From: Terriglobales bacterium
Lineage (GTDB): Bacteria > Acidobacteriota > Terriglobia > Terriglobales > Acidobacteriaceae
DNA: 64,000 nucleotides
Assembly: GCA_049300475.1 (NCBI GenBank)
Contig: JBAQJU010000335.1
Location: 10,578-74,577, forward strand
Direction of reading: 5' to 3'
A program made the position numbers and the translations under genes. The first letter of the stretch is position 1, and every line of letters starts with the position of its first letter. Shown here in pieces: positions 55,213-64,000 of the stretch. The notes beneath the pieces are model-generated. The model was not told the origin of the DNA. It saw only the letters and a list, made by a program, of their open reading frames with translations, and did not search any database.

Positions 55213-55242
55213 ATTAGACGTACCGGAACTCCCGGGGCGCGG

Positions 55243-56763
55243 CTACCTCACCATCGCCGACACGTGCGGCGAGGCGATTCCCAGCGACCAGTTTACGGTA
55301 CGGATGAAGGGCTCCGGGAAGACTCCGATCACAATCGTCATTAGTCCGGTCAGGCCGAGAGCGAAGCGCATTGCGATACTGACCGGCATGCGCGCGGGTT
55401 CGCCCTCGGGCGCTGGGCGGATCAGCATGGCGTTGGCGATCCGCAGATAGTAATAGAGCCCAAACAAGGCGTAGAGCACAGCCGCCGAAGCGAGCCAGTA
55501 GTGCCCGCTTTCAATCAGGCTGAGGAAGATGTAGTACTTGCCCAGAAAGCCTGCCGTGGGCGGAATGCCGGCCAGCGACAGCAGAAACATCAGCATAAGC
55601 ACGGCTTCGACAGGCGCGCGCGAATAGAGTCCAGCCATGTCGTCGAGTTCGTCGCCGATCACGTTGCGGTGCCGCAGCGACGTGATCACGGCAAACGCAC
55701 CCAGGTTCATGAAGGTGTAAACCATGAGGTAGATCAGGATGCCCTTGAAGCCGTCGGCAAACGCTGGACTACCAAATGGCGATGTTCCCATGGCGACGAA
55801 GGCGAGCAGCATGTAGCCCACGTGCGCAATCGAAGAATAGGCCAGCAGTCGCTTCGTATTGGTCTGGGTGAGGGCCGCGAGATTGCCGCCGGTCATGGTG
55901 GCGATCGCAACGAATACCATGATGGGGGTGTAAAGGGAGCGCAGCGGGATCAGTCCATAAATCAGAATGCGCAGCAATAAGGCCCACGCGGCCGCCTTCA
56001 CCGCGACCGACATGAAGCCGGTTACGCAGGTGGGCGCGCCTTCATAGGCGTCGGGCGCCCACTGATGGAAGGGAACCGCGGCGATCTTGAAGAGCAGTCC
56101 AACCGTGACCGTGAGCAGCGCAATCACCATAATCGGATTATGGGGATCCTGTGCCGACACGCGCGCCACGGCACGCTGAATATCTCCCAGGTTCGTGCTT
56201 CCCGAGATCCCGTACAGAAGTGAAAGACCATAGGCGAAGATGCCGGACGAAAACGCTCCCAGCAGCAGATACTTCAAGGCGGCTTCGTTGGAGCGGCGGT
56301 CGCGGCGCAGGAAGCCGACCAGCACATAAATCGAGATCGCCATCAGTTCCAGGCCGATGAAAAGCAGCACGATGTCGATGCCCGCGGCCATGCACATCAT
56401 GCCCACCACCGACATCAGCAGCAGCGCATAGTACTCGCCATGGTGTTCGTTTTCGATTTCCAGATAGCGCACGGAGGCGAGAATCGTGATTGCCGCCGAC
56501 GCCAGAAACAGGTACCAGAAGTACATTGCAAAGCGGTCGACGAGCAGGGAGTGATAGAACCCAATGTTCCCGCGCGGCATTGTGTACTGGATTCGCCAAA
56601 CACAAAAAGTCGCCAGCAGGACGCCGAGAAACGCGCCGACTGCATTCAGCCACTTCCACTGGCGCGGGATCATCAGGTCAATCAGCAGAATGCCGAGCGC
56701 AAAAATGGTCAGCTCCACCATCGGCAGCATCAACTGGTATTCGATGGGAGTGATCGCTGTCAC
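55243..56763 (-). CDS. nuoN: NADH-quinone oxidoreductase subunit N
   Basis: 506 aa, a polytopic antiporter-like subunit. The GTG start abuts the nuoM stop. Confidence 0.9.
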   Translation of the reverse strand: MTAITPIEYQLMLPMVELTIFALGILLIDLMIPRQWKWLNAVGAFLGVLLATFCVWRIQYTMPRGNIGFYHSLLVDRFAMYFWYLFLASAAITILASVRYLEIENEHHGEYYALLLMSVVGMMCMAAGIDIVLLFIGLELMAISIYVLVGFLRRDRRSNEAALKYLLLGAFSSGIFAYGLSLLYGISGSTNLGDIQRAVARVSAQDPHNPIMVIALLTVTVGLLFKIAAVPFHQWAPDAYEGAPTCVTGFMSVAVKAAAWALLLRILIYGLIPLRSLYTPIMVFVAIATMTGGNLAALTQTNTKRLLAYSSIAHVGYMLLAFVAMGTSPFGSPAFADGFKGILIYLMVYTFMNLGAFAVITSLRHRNVIGDELDDMAGLYSRAPVEAVLMLMFLLSLAGIPPTAGFLGKYYIFLSLIESGHYWLASAAVLYALFGLYYYLRIANAMLIRPAPEGEPARMPVSIAMRFALGLTGLMTIVIGVFPEPFIRTVNWSLGIASPHVSAMVR

Positions 56764-58380
56764 TTAGTCGCTCGCTTTCGCTGGCGCGACCGCTGGCGTA
56801 ACGGGCGCGCCCGCCGGCATCGCTTGCGCGTTTACAGGCGTGTTCGGATTGTTGGCCTGGATGTTCTGGACAATCTGTTTCACCGGCGTTTCGAGGATCT
56901 GAAAAAATGGCTTCGGATAGAGACCGATCCAGAACGCCATGATGATGAGCGGGGCAAAAGTAAGCATTTCGCGCGGCGTCAAATCGTGCAGCTTTTCATT
57001 CTTCGGATTCGTAACCGTGCCGAAGAAAACGCGCTGGTAGAGCCATAGCAGGTAGGCCGCAGCCAGGATTACTCCGGGCGCCGCCCAGGCCGCCCACTTC
57101 CAGTTCGCGGTGAAGGCTCCCTGCAGGATGGTGAACTCGCCGACGAAACCGTTCAGCAGCGGGAGGCCCATTGACGAGAGGAACATGATCATCGTAATGG
57201 TTGCGTACACCGGCATCACGTTCGAAATGCCGCCATATTCCGAGATTTCGCGCGTGTGCCGCCGCTCGTAGAGGATGCCGACGATCAAGAAGAGCGCGCC
57301 CGTCGAGATGCCGTGGTTGATCTGCTGCAGTACCGAGCCGCTGAGGCCGGCCTGGTTGAGCGCGAAAATGCCGAGCGTGCAAAAGCCGAGGTGGCTCACC
57401 GAGGAATACGCCACCAGCTTCTTCATATCTTTCTGCATCAGCGAAACGAGCGCCCCGTAGACGATGCCGACGATGGAGAGGCCGATCATCCAGCCGCGCA
57501 CGGTCGCGCCCAGGAAGGTCGAGGTCGTGTTGGTGATGACCTGCGGGAAAAACGGCAGTGAGAAGCGCACGAAGCCGTACGTCCCCATCTTCAGCAGAAC
57601 GCCCGCCAGAATCACGGAGCCGGCGGTGGGAGCTTCGACGTGCGCATCCGGCAGCCAGGTGTGGAACGGGAACATTGGAACTTTTATGGCGAAGCCAAGG
57701 AAGAACGCCAGGAACAGCCAGATGGCGGCGTGGAATGGAATGAGTGGCGCCGTCTTGTAAAGTTCGGGAATGCTGAAGGTGAAGACGTTCGTCAGCGTGT
57801 GATGATGGAAATAGAGAAACAGGATGCCGAGGAGCATCAGCACGGAGCCGAGCAGCGTGTACAGGAAGAACTTGATGGCGGCGTAAAGTTTGCGCGGGCC
57901 GCCCCAGATGCCGATCAGCAGGTACATGGGAACGAGCATCGCTTCCCAGAAGACGAAGAACAGGAAGAAGTCGAGCGCCATGAAGACGCCGAGCATGCCG
58001 GTCTGCAGCAGGAGGAACCAGACGTAGTATTCCTTGACGCGGTTCTCGATGGCGGTCCAGGAGGAGAGGATGGAGATCCAACCGAGCAGCGTGGTGAGCA
58101 TGATCAGCAGGAATGAAATGCCGTCGATGCCGAGGTTGTAACCTGCGCCGATCGAGGGAATCCAGTTGTTGGCCGTGCCTTCGAGAAACTTGAACTGCTG
58201 CGGGTCGAAGCGCTGCGCCCAGAACATCGGCACGAGCGGTATCGAAATCAGGAATCCGCCCAGCGAGAAGATGTTCGCAATCCAACGGATCGCGTCCTTG
58301 TTGTCCTTGGGAACGAACAGGAGAACAAGCGCGCCGATCAGCGGCGTGAAGAGGATGATGGATAAGATGTGATTCTGCAT
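56764..58380 (-). CDS. nuoM: NADH-quinone oxidoreductase subunit M
   Basis: 538 aa. NuoM-type motifs are present (GIDGISFLLIMLT, WLPDAHVEAPTAGSVILAGVLLKMG). Confidence 0.9.
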   Translation of the reverse strand: MQNHILSIILFTPLIGALVLLFVPKDNKDAIRWIANIFSLGGFLISIPLVPMFWAQRFDPQQFKFLEGTANNWIPSIGAGYNLGIDGISFLLIMLTTLLGWISILSSWTAIENRVKEYYVWFLLLQTGMLGVFMALDFFLFFVFWEAMLVPMYLLIGIWGGPRKLYAAIKFFLYTLLGSVLMLLGILFLYFHHHTLTNVFTFSIPELYKTAPLIPFHAAIWLFLAFFLGFAIKVPMFPFHTWLPDAHVEAPTAGSVILAGVLLKMGTYGFVRFSLPFFPQVITNTTSTFLGATVRGWMIGLSIVGIVYGALVSLMQKDMKKLVAYSSVSHLGFCTLGIFALNQAGLSGSVLQQINHGISTGALFLIVGILYERRHTREISEYGGISNVMPVYATITMIMFLSSMGLPLLNGFVGEFTILQGAFTANWKWAAWAAPGVILAAAYLLWLYQRVFFGTVTNPKNEKLHDLTPREMLTFAPLIIMAFWIGLYPKPFFQILETPVKQIVQNIQANNPNTPVNAQAMPAGAPVTPAVAPAKASD

Positions 58381-58387
58381 AAGAACA

Positions 58388-58415
58388 GTTCTCAGTTGCC
58401 GGTTCTCAGTTGCCA
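58388..58415. repeat. 2 x 14-nt tandem spacer between nuoL and nuoM
   Basis: GTTCTCAGTTGCCG GTTCTCAGTTGCCA. The sense strand reads GGCAACTGAGAAC x 2. It ends 8 nt before the nuoM start. Confidence 0.8.
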
Positions 58416-58443
58416 GTGGCTACGAGCCGGAAGCATTCCGGAC

Positions 58444-60645
58444 TCACGCCACTACAAAGCGCCTGACCAATAGGTAAACAAGGGCTCCCGCTGCTAAAAC
58501 TCCAAGCGAGATCCACAACCAAAGCATGAATCCGAACAAATAACACAAGACTCCTACCAGACCCGCCATCATCACCAGGGCATACCACTGTACCAAGCCC
58601 CATTCAAATAGCCGCGTGGGATATGACAACATTCGGGCGAGGATCGCCGGGCCATTTACGCCGACGCCGTCGATGATCCACTTATCCCACCACGATGAGA
58701 CCGTGGCGACCGCGCGCGTGACCCAGCCAGCGTCGTTCACGACGCCGTCGATGACCTTCGAATCGAACCATGACGATGCTTCGCCCAAGCCCAGCACGCC
58801 GAGACGCACGTCGCCTAGTTTGCGGCGTCCGGTGAAAATATAGTCGTAGCCCTCATCCACGAACCACTTGTTGTAGAGAGCCTTGTAGAGCGGCGGAGCA
58901 CTGACGGCGATCGGTTCTGGATAATCCTTGCCGGCACGCGCATAGGCGCGCCAGGAGAGGCCGAGGCCCACGACCGCGGCGCCGACGGATAAAGTCATCA
59001 GGAGGTACTCCATCGGGTCGGTGTGTTCTTCTTCTTTCTTGCCGGCCGCCAATTGCCCAGGTTCTTCCGCTCGCATCATGTGGGCTTCGCGCGCGAATAC
59101 GGGACTCAGAAATGCCTCGAACCGGTCCGAACCTCCCAGGCTGCGCGGAAGGCCCAGCCATCCGGCTACCACCGAGCAAATCGCCAGGATGACGAGCGGC
59201 ACGGTCATCGACTTGGGCGACTCGTGCACGTGATGCTCAACCTCATGGCTCATGCGCGGCTTGCCGAAGAAGGTAAGGAAGATCAGACGGCCCATGTAAA
59301 ACGCCGTCATCAGCGCGGTTGCGAAGCCGATAAACCACAGGATGTGATAGGCGTCGGGTTCGGAGGTCCACGTCTGCCAGAGGATTTCGTCCTTGGAGAA
59401 AAATCCCGCGAATCCCGGAATGCCGGCGATGGCCAGCGTCGCGACGAGCATCGTTTTATAGGTGGTGGGAATGCGGCTGCGCAGATCGCCCATGTTGCGC
59501 ATGTCCTGCTCGCCGGACATGGCGTGGATCACCGAGCCGGAGCCGAGGAAGAGGAGAGCCTTGAAGAACGCGTGCGTGAACACGTGGAAGACGCCCGCCG
59601 CGAATGCGCCGACACCGAGCGCTAGGAACATGTATCCGAGTTGAGAAACGGTCGAATAAGCGAGCACTCGCTTGATATCGTTCTGCACCAGTCCGATTGA
59701 GGCAGCGAATATGGCCGTCAGCGCGCCCACAATCGCTACCGTCTTCATCGCCGTCGGAGCCAAGACAAAAACCGCGTTCGAGCGAGCCACCATGTAGACG
59801 CCCGCGGTCACCATGGTTGCGGCGTGGATCAAGGCGGAAACCGGCGTCGGACCTTCCATCGCATCGGGAAGCCAGACATAGAGTGGAAGCTGCGCCGACT
59901 TGCCGCAGGCTCCGACGAATAAGAGAAGAGCTGCGGCGGTCAGGATCGGGTCGCCGATCTCGAAGCGCCCGCTGCGCGCCAGAGTGTTGATGTCGATGAA
60001 GCGGAACGATCCCAGATACCACACCAGGGTGAGTGCGCCCAGAATGAAGCCGGCGTCGCCGATGCGGTTCACAATAAACGCCTTGTTCGCGGCGTCACTC
60101 GCCGACTTGCGGTGGAAATAGAAACCGATCAGCAAGTACGAGCACAGGCCCACGCCCTCCCAGCCGACGAACATGAGGATGTAATTGTTCGCGAGGATGA
60201 GCGTGAGCATGGCGAACATGAACAGATTCAGGTATCCGAAGAATCTGTAATAGCCCCCCTCGTGCGCCATGTAGCCGACGGAGTAAATGTGAATCAGCAT
60301 GCCCACGCCAGTGACGAAGAGCAGCCAGATGCAGGAGAGCGGGTCGAGGAGGAAGCCGGCGTCGACGTTGAAGGCGGCGGGCGTGCCGTCTTTCTTGACG
60401 AATGTGAGGCCGCCATCGCCGGATCCCAGCCAGGTGTAGACAATCTTTTCGAAAGGATGGCCGGAGCCGTGCGAGAGATGTGTGTAATCGAGAACGGTGA
60501 AGCAGGCAAACAGGAATGCAATGACGACCGCTCCAACGCAGACCGCGCTTACGGTCGATTTCTGGAGCTTTCGGCCAAAGAAGAACATCATCGCGGCGCC
60601 GAAGGCCGGGAAGAGCGGGATTAGGTAGATGTGGTTAAGGAACAT
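58444..60645 (-). CDS. nuoL: NADH-quinone oxidoreductase subunit L, enlarged (733 aa)
   Basis: The NuoL core is present (WLPDAMEGPTPVSALIHAATMVTAGVY). The C-terminal third is long, with a charged insert, an extended amphipathic segment and an extra terminal TM helix. Confidence 0.9.
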   Translation of the reverse strand: MFLNHIYLIPLFPAFGAAMMFFFGRKLQKSTVSAVCVGAVVIAFLFACFTVLDYTHLSHGSGHPFEKIVYTWLGSGDGGLTFVKKDGTPAAFNVDAGFLLDPLSCIWLLFVTGVGMLIHIYSVGYMAHEGGYYRFFGYLNLFMFAMLTLILANNYILMFVGWEGVGLCSYLLIGFYFHRKSASDAANKAFIVNRIGDAGFILGALTLVWYLGSFRFIDINTLARSGRFEIGDPILTAAALLLFVGACGKSAQLPLYVWLPDAMEGPTPVSALIHAATMVTAGVYMVARSNAVFVLAPTAMKTVAIVGALTAIFAASIGLVQNDIKRVLAYSTVSQLGYMFLALGVGAFAAGVFHVFTHAFFKALLFLGSGSVIHAMSGEQDMRNMGDLRSRIPTTYKTMLVATLAIAGIPGFAGFFSKDEILWQTWTSEPDAYHILWFIGFATALMTAFYMGRLIFLTFFGKPRMSHEVEHHVHESPKSMTVPLVILAICSVVAGWLGLPRSLGGSDRFEAFLSPVFAREAHMMRAEEPGQLAAGKKEEEHTDPMEYLLMTLSVGAAVVGLGLSWRAYARAGKDYPEPIAVSAPPLYKALYNKWFVDEGYDYIFTGRRKLGDVRLGVLGLGEASSWFDSKVIDGVVNDAGWVTRAVATVSSWWDKWIIDGVGVNGPAILARMLSYPTRLFEWGLVQWYALVMMAGLVGVLCYLFGFMLWLWISLGVLAAGALVYLLVRRFVVA

Positions 60646-60730
60646 TCAGCTATCAGCTCTCAGTCATCAGCTTTCAGTTGCGTGCTCTCAGCTCTTACTG
60701 ACGGCTGAGAGCTGAGGGCTGAAAGCTGCC
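60646..60730. repeat. Heptad-periodic palindromic spacer between nuoK and nuoL (best example)
   Basis: TCAGCTA TCAGCTC TCAGTCA TCAGCTT TCAGTTG CGTGCTC TCAGCTC tta CTGACGG CTGAGAG CTGAGGG CTGAAAG CTGCC. Confidence 0.85.
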
Positions 60731-60733
60731 TTT

Positions 60734-61042
60734 CTACCACTTCAACAAATCAATCTCGTCCACATTGATCGTCTCCCGGTTACGGAAGAAGGCGATCAGG
60801 ATGCCCAGGCCGACCGCGGCTTCGGCGGCGGCATCGACCACGATGAAGATCGCAAAGAGCTGCCCATGCAGGTTTCCCCACATGCGCGAGAACGCGACCA
60901 GGTTCAGGTTCACGGCGTTCAATATCAGCTCGATCGACATCAATACGATTACCACGTTGCGACGCGTGAGTACGCCGATCGTACCCAGCACGAAAAGTGC
61001 GGCCGCGACAACCAGATAATGCAATGTAGTGATCGGAACCAT
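60734..61042 (-). CDS. nuoK: NADH-quinone oxidoreductase subunit K
   Basis: From ATG 61042 the product is 102 aa with three TM helices: [46 protein letters not shown]... The longer track ORF runs through the spacer. Confidence 0.9.
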   Translation of the reverse strand: MVPITTLHYLVVAAALFVLGTIGVLTRRNVVIVLMSIELILNAVNLNLVAFSRMWGNLHGQLFAIFIVVDAAAEAAVGLGILIAFFRNRETINVDEIDLLKW

Positions 61043-61058
61043 AAAAATCGTCAAAAAC

Positions 61059-61134
61059 CGTCGTTCGTCCTTCGTTATTCGCCAATCTGCTCCCGTTACG
61101 GTTTTGCGAACAGCGAACGACAAATAGCGAACGA
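61059..61134. repeat. Heptad-periodic palindromic spacer between nuoJ and nuoK
   Basis: CGTCGTT CGTCCTT CGTTATT CGCC ... CGAACAG CGAACGA CAAATAG CGAACGA. The same words occur in the ftsA-ftsZ spacer. Confidence 0.8.
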
Positions 61135-61686
61135 CTAGATTTTCCTCTTCGTCATAATTACCGCCCCCAAGATCGCCACCAGCAACAGCAAGGAGGCGAT
61201 TTCGAAGGTAAATGTGTACTGGCCCATCCTGCCCGCTTCTCCGTAAAGCATGGCGGCGACCTGCTGCGTGTTGGTTGCTTCCGGCAACTGCACCATGCGA
61301 TCCGGAAGCAGCGCTCTGCCCTTGGAGAACGCACCTAGGAACAAAGCCAGCAAGGCGCACGATGCCACCAGCCCTACCGGCCAGATGCGGTTAAACTGGC
61401 GCTCTTTCGAGGAGCGCTCGATATTCACCAGCATGATCACAAACAGAAACAGCACCATGATGCCGCCGGCGTACACGATGATCTGCACGCCAGCGACAAA
61501 CGGGGCATAGAGCATGAGGTACAGTCCCGCCACCGAGAGCAGCGTAACGATCAGCGCCAGCGCGGAATGTACTGCGTTGCGGCGCGTGATCACCAGCAAG
61601 CCGCTGATAATCGCAGCTGCCGCGAGGCCGTAAAAGAAATATGGCGTTCCGACCGGGGCCGCGCCCACGTTCATTGCCGGGTTCAT
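61135..61686 (-). CDS. nuoJ: NADH-quinone oxidoreductase subunit J
   Basis: ATG 61686 overlaps the nuoH stop (ATGA). The 183-aa membrane protein contains [15 protein letters not shown]. Confidence 0.85.
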   Translation of the reverse strand: MNPAMNVGAAPVGTPYFFYGLAAAAIISGLLVITRRNAVHSALALIVTLLSVAGLYLMLYAPFVAGVQIIVYAGGIMVLFLFVIMLVNIERSSKERQFNRIWPVGLVASCALLALFLGAFSKGRALLPDRMVQLPEATNTQQVAAMLYGEAGRMGQYTFTFEIASLLLLVAILGAVIMTKRKI

Positions 61687-62975
61687 GAGACCAGCACCCC
61701 CACGATGGCGGTCAGAATCAGCACGCCCAGCGAGATTGGCAGCATGACCTTCCATCCCACCTTCATCAGCTGGTCAAAGCGATAACGCGGCCAGGTCGCG
61801 CGGTACCAGATGAACAGGTACATGAAAATGGCCACCTTCAGCATGAACCAGTAAACGTAATCGATGCCCTCACGGGTATGCGCGGCGAGGCTGGTATCGG
61901 CATTGCGCCCGGCAATCGCGATCACAAACAAAACCAGCGCGATGAAGGCCAGCAGCAGCGCGAAGACGCCGAGGCCGATGCGCTGAATCTTGAAGAACGA
62001 ATGCGACGGCATGCGCGCGGTGCCGATGAAGGCAAACATCGCCAGGGCGGCAAACGTCAGGCCGGGGAAGAGCGAGAAGATAAACTCCCACACCGGGGCA
62101 TTGAGCAGGTTTGGGAAGGGACGCATCCATCCCCCCAGCCACAGCGTGACGGCAATCGCCGAGACCGCAATCATGGCTGCATATTCGGCAAGCATGAAGA
62201 GCGACCAGCGCAGGCCGCTGTACTCGGTATGAAATCCAGCGGTCAGTTCGGATTCGGCTTCCGCGAGATCGAACGGCGAGCGATTCGTTTCGGCGACCAT
62301 GGCGATGGCGAAGATTACGAAGGCGATGAAGCCCAGCGGAAAGAACTTGAAGAGGAACCAGATGCCCTGCTGCTGCTGCGCCTCGACAATTCCGATCATG
62401 CTCAGCGTACCTGTGCCGGTGGAGTTCAGGCTGGTCATCAAGATTGCCGACACGACCGCGAGGCCCATGGCTACCTCGTAGGAGACCATCTGCGCACTCG
62501 AGCGCAGCGCGCCAATCAGCGGATAGTGCGAGTTGGAGGCCCAGCCCGCGGTGACGATACCCAGCACTCCGAGCGACGACACTCCCAGCATAAAGAGGAT
62601 GCCGATGTTCATGTCGCTGACCGCCTGCGACGGGCCGAACGGAATTACGGTGTAAACGGTGAAGGACGCGAGCAGGCCGATAAGCGGCGCTACCCAGAAG
62701 ACCGTCTTGTCCGATTCCGCCGGAATGATGTCTTCTTTCAGCATCAGCTTGAGCGCGTCAGCGAAGGGCTGCAGCAGGCCGTGCGGGCCGACACGCATCG
62801 GGCCCAGGCGAATCTGGAAGTGGGCGAGCGCCTTGCGCTCCAGCCAGTTCATGGCCATCACCGTGATCGACACGCCCGCAAAAATAATCAGCACATAGAT
62901 CAGCGCCCAGAGCTGATTGCCCGCCTGCCCGGGCGTTACCGGGCTGCCCAGATACGACGTGAGGGAGTGCAGCAT
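61683..62975 (-). CDS. nuoH: NADH-quinone oxidoreductase subunit H, enlarged (430 aa)
   Basis: ATG 62975 overlaps the nuoD stop (ATGA). NuoH motifs are present (RKALAHFQIRLGPMRVGPHGLLQPFADALKL; ETNRSPFDLAEAESEL; WPRYRFDQLM). An insert with two extra hydrophobic helices lies before the last conserved block. Confidence 0.9.
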   Translation of the reverse strand: MLHSLTSYLGSPVTPGQAGNQLWALIYVLIIFAGVSITVMAMNWLERKALAHFQIRLGPMRVGPHGLLQPFADALKLMLKEDIIPAESDKTVFWVAPLIGLLASFTVYTVIPFGPSQAVSDMNIGILFMLGVSSLGVLGIVTAGWASNSHYPLIGALRSSAQMVSYEVAMGLAVVSAILMTSLNSTGTGTLSMIGIVEAQQQQGIWFLFKFFPLGFIAFVIFAIAMVAETNRSPFDLAEAESELTAGFHTEYSGLRWSLFMLAEYAAMIAVSAIAVTLWLGGWMRPFPNLLNAPVWEFIFSLFPGLTFAALAMFAFIGTARMPSHSFFKIQRIGLGVFALLLAFIALVLFVIAIAGRNADTSLAAHTREGIDYVYWFMLKVAIFMYLFIWYRATWPRYRFDQLMKVGWKVMLPISLGVLILTAIVGVLVS

Positions 62976-64000
62976 CAGCGGTCCACCTCGCCGAGCACGA
63001 TGTCGAGCGTGCCGATTACAGCGACCACATCGGCGACCAGCATCCCACGCACCATTACATCGAGAGCTTGCAGATTCACAAACGAGGGGGGACGCACGCG
63101 CAACCGGTAGGGCTGGGTCGAGCCGTCGCTGACGATGAAGTATCCCAACTCGCCCTTGGGAGCTTCGATTGAGTGATAGATTTCGCCCACCGCAGGCTTG
63201 ATCACCTTGGGCACCTTGGCCATGATCGGGCCCTCGGGAATGCCGTTTACGGCTTGCTCGATGATGCGTAGCGACTGCCGCATCTCCACCATGCGCACCA
63301 AATACCGGTCGTAGGTGTCGCCATTCTCTCCGATCGGGATTTCGAAGTCGAAGTCGGCATAGTTGGCGTAGGGGATTGCTTTGCGAATGTCCCACTTCAC
63401 GCCACTGGCACGCAGGACCGGACCGGTGACGCCGAGCGCAATCGCGTCCGCGGCTGAAATCGTGCCGACGTTCTTGGTGCGCTCCAGCCAGATGCGATTG
63501 GTGGTCAGCAGAGCTTCATACTCGTCGATCTTGGGCGCGACAAACTTCAGGAAATTCTTTACTTCTTTTTCGAAGCCAGCATAGGTCTCGTAAAGGCAGC
63601 CGCCGATGCGGAAAGCGTGAGTTGTGAGACGCGCTCCGCAATACTTTTCGAAAATCTTAAGAATCTCTTCCCGGTCGCGAAAGGTGTAGAAGAGCGGCGT
63701 CATGGCTCCGATATCGAGCGCGTGCGTTCCCAGCCAGAGCTGGTGGCTGGCAATGCGGTTCAACTCGGTGAGGATGACGCGAATGTAATTGGCGCGCGGC
63801 GGGGCTTCGACGTTCAACAGCTTTTCTACTGCCTGGCAATAGCCGAGGCCGTTCGAGACCGCGGCGACGTAATCCATGCGATCGACGTAGGGATTGAACA
63901 TCGTGTAGGTGCGGTTCTCGGCGATCTTTTCGACTCCGCGATGCAGGTAGCCGATTACGCACTCGGTGCCTAAAACCTTTTCGCCATCAAGCTTCAGGAT
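62975..64000 (-). CDS. nuoD: NADH-quinone oxidoreductase subunit D (C-terminal ~340 codons; gene continues past the window end)
   Basis: The frame stays open upstream of the track Met and reads ...[34 protein letters not shown]... The C-terminus is ...[14 protein letters not shown]. Confidence 0.9.
   Translation of the reverse strand: MLKLDGEKVLGTECVIGYLHRGVEKIAENRTYTMFNPYVDRMDYVAAVSNGLGYCQAVEKLLNVEAPPRANYIRVILTELNRIASHQLWLGTHALDIGAMTPLFYTFRDREEILKIFEKYCGARLTTHAFRIGGCLYETYAGFEKEVKNFLKFVAPKIDEYEALLTTNRIWLERTKNVGTISAADAIALGVTGPVLRASGVKWDIRKAIPYANYADFDFEIPIGENGDTYDRYLVRMVEMRQSLRIIEQAVNGIPEGPIMAKVPKVIKPAVGEIYHSIEAPKGELGYFIVSDGSTQPYRLRVRPPSFVNLQALDVMVRGMLVADVVAVIGTLDIVLGEVDR

Overview
GC-rich bacterial chromosome segment. 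Gene content suggests Acidobacteriota (inference): a VWFA-related acidobacterial-type protein, a giant CarboxypepD_reg/TonB-like outer-membrane protein, a PEP-CTERM protein and several REP families. About 45 genes were called.

Gene content, left to right:
- A fragmented dcw cluster on the minus strand (murG, murC, then ftsQ-ftsA-ftsZ). It is interrupted by three unrelated genes, and thiC sits where ftsW is expected.
- DoxX, a FadB/FadN-like bifunctional beta-oxidation enzyme, a Crp/Fnr regulator and an amidase.
- A three-gene cluster: a membrane-anchored pentaheme cytochrome c with TPR repeats, followed by two CRTAC1/ASPIC-UnbV FG-GAP proteins.
- PpiD, MalQ, and an ABC ATPase plus duplicated permease with no binding protein.
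- PsiE-like and PEP-CTERM proteins, and Hbd.
- A secreted DUF2844/DUF3443 pair. The DUF3443 lipoprotein carries two D[TS]GS motifs in a pepsin-like arrangement.
- A UbiB/ABC1 kinase.
- A six-repeat phasin-like protein divergent from phaR, then an alpha/beta hydrolase.
- A fused moaD-moaE, then the VWA protein and the giant outer-membrane protein.
- A HEAT-PilZ protein.
- A split atp operon (atpZ-I-B-E) with a clean terminator.
- A nuo cluster (nuoD-H-J-K-L-M-N) with no nuoE/F/G/I in the visible order, an enlarged NuoL and an enlarged NuoH.

The most unusual signal is non-coding. At least nine intercistronic gaps are filled by spacers built from 7-nt words; most are partly palindromic and all are rich in stop triplets. 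They occur in nuo, atp, ftsA-ftsZ, ppiD, malQ, the VWA 5' region and probably fadB. Examples of the words are TCAGnnn/CTGAnnn, GCxxCGA and CGTCGTT/CGAACGA.

Several REP/MITE-like families are also present. One lies in-frame inside a CDS, one supplies a stop codon, and one may supply part of a signal peptide.

All family assignments come from reading motifs by eye. No searches were run.
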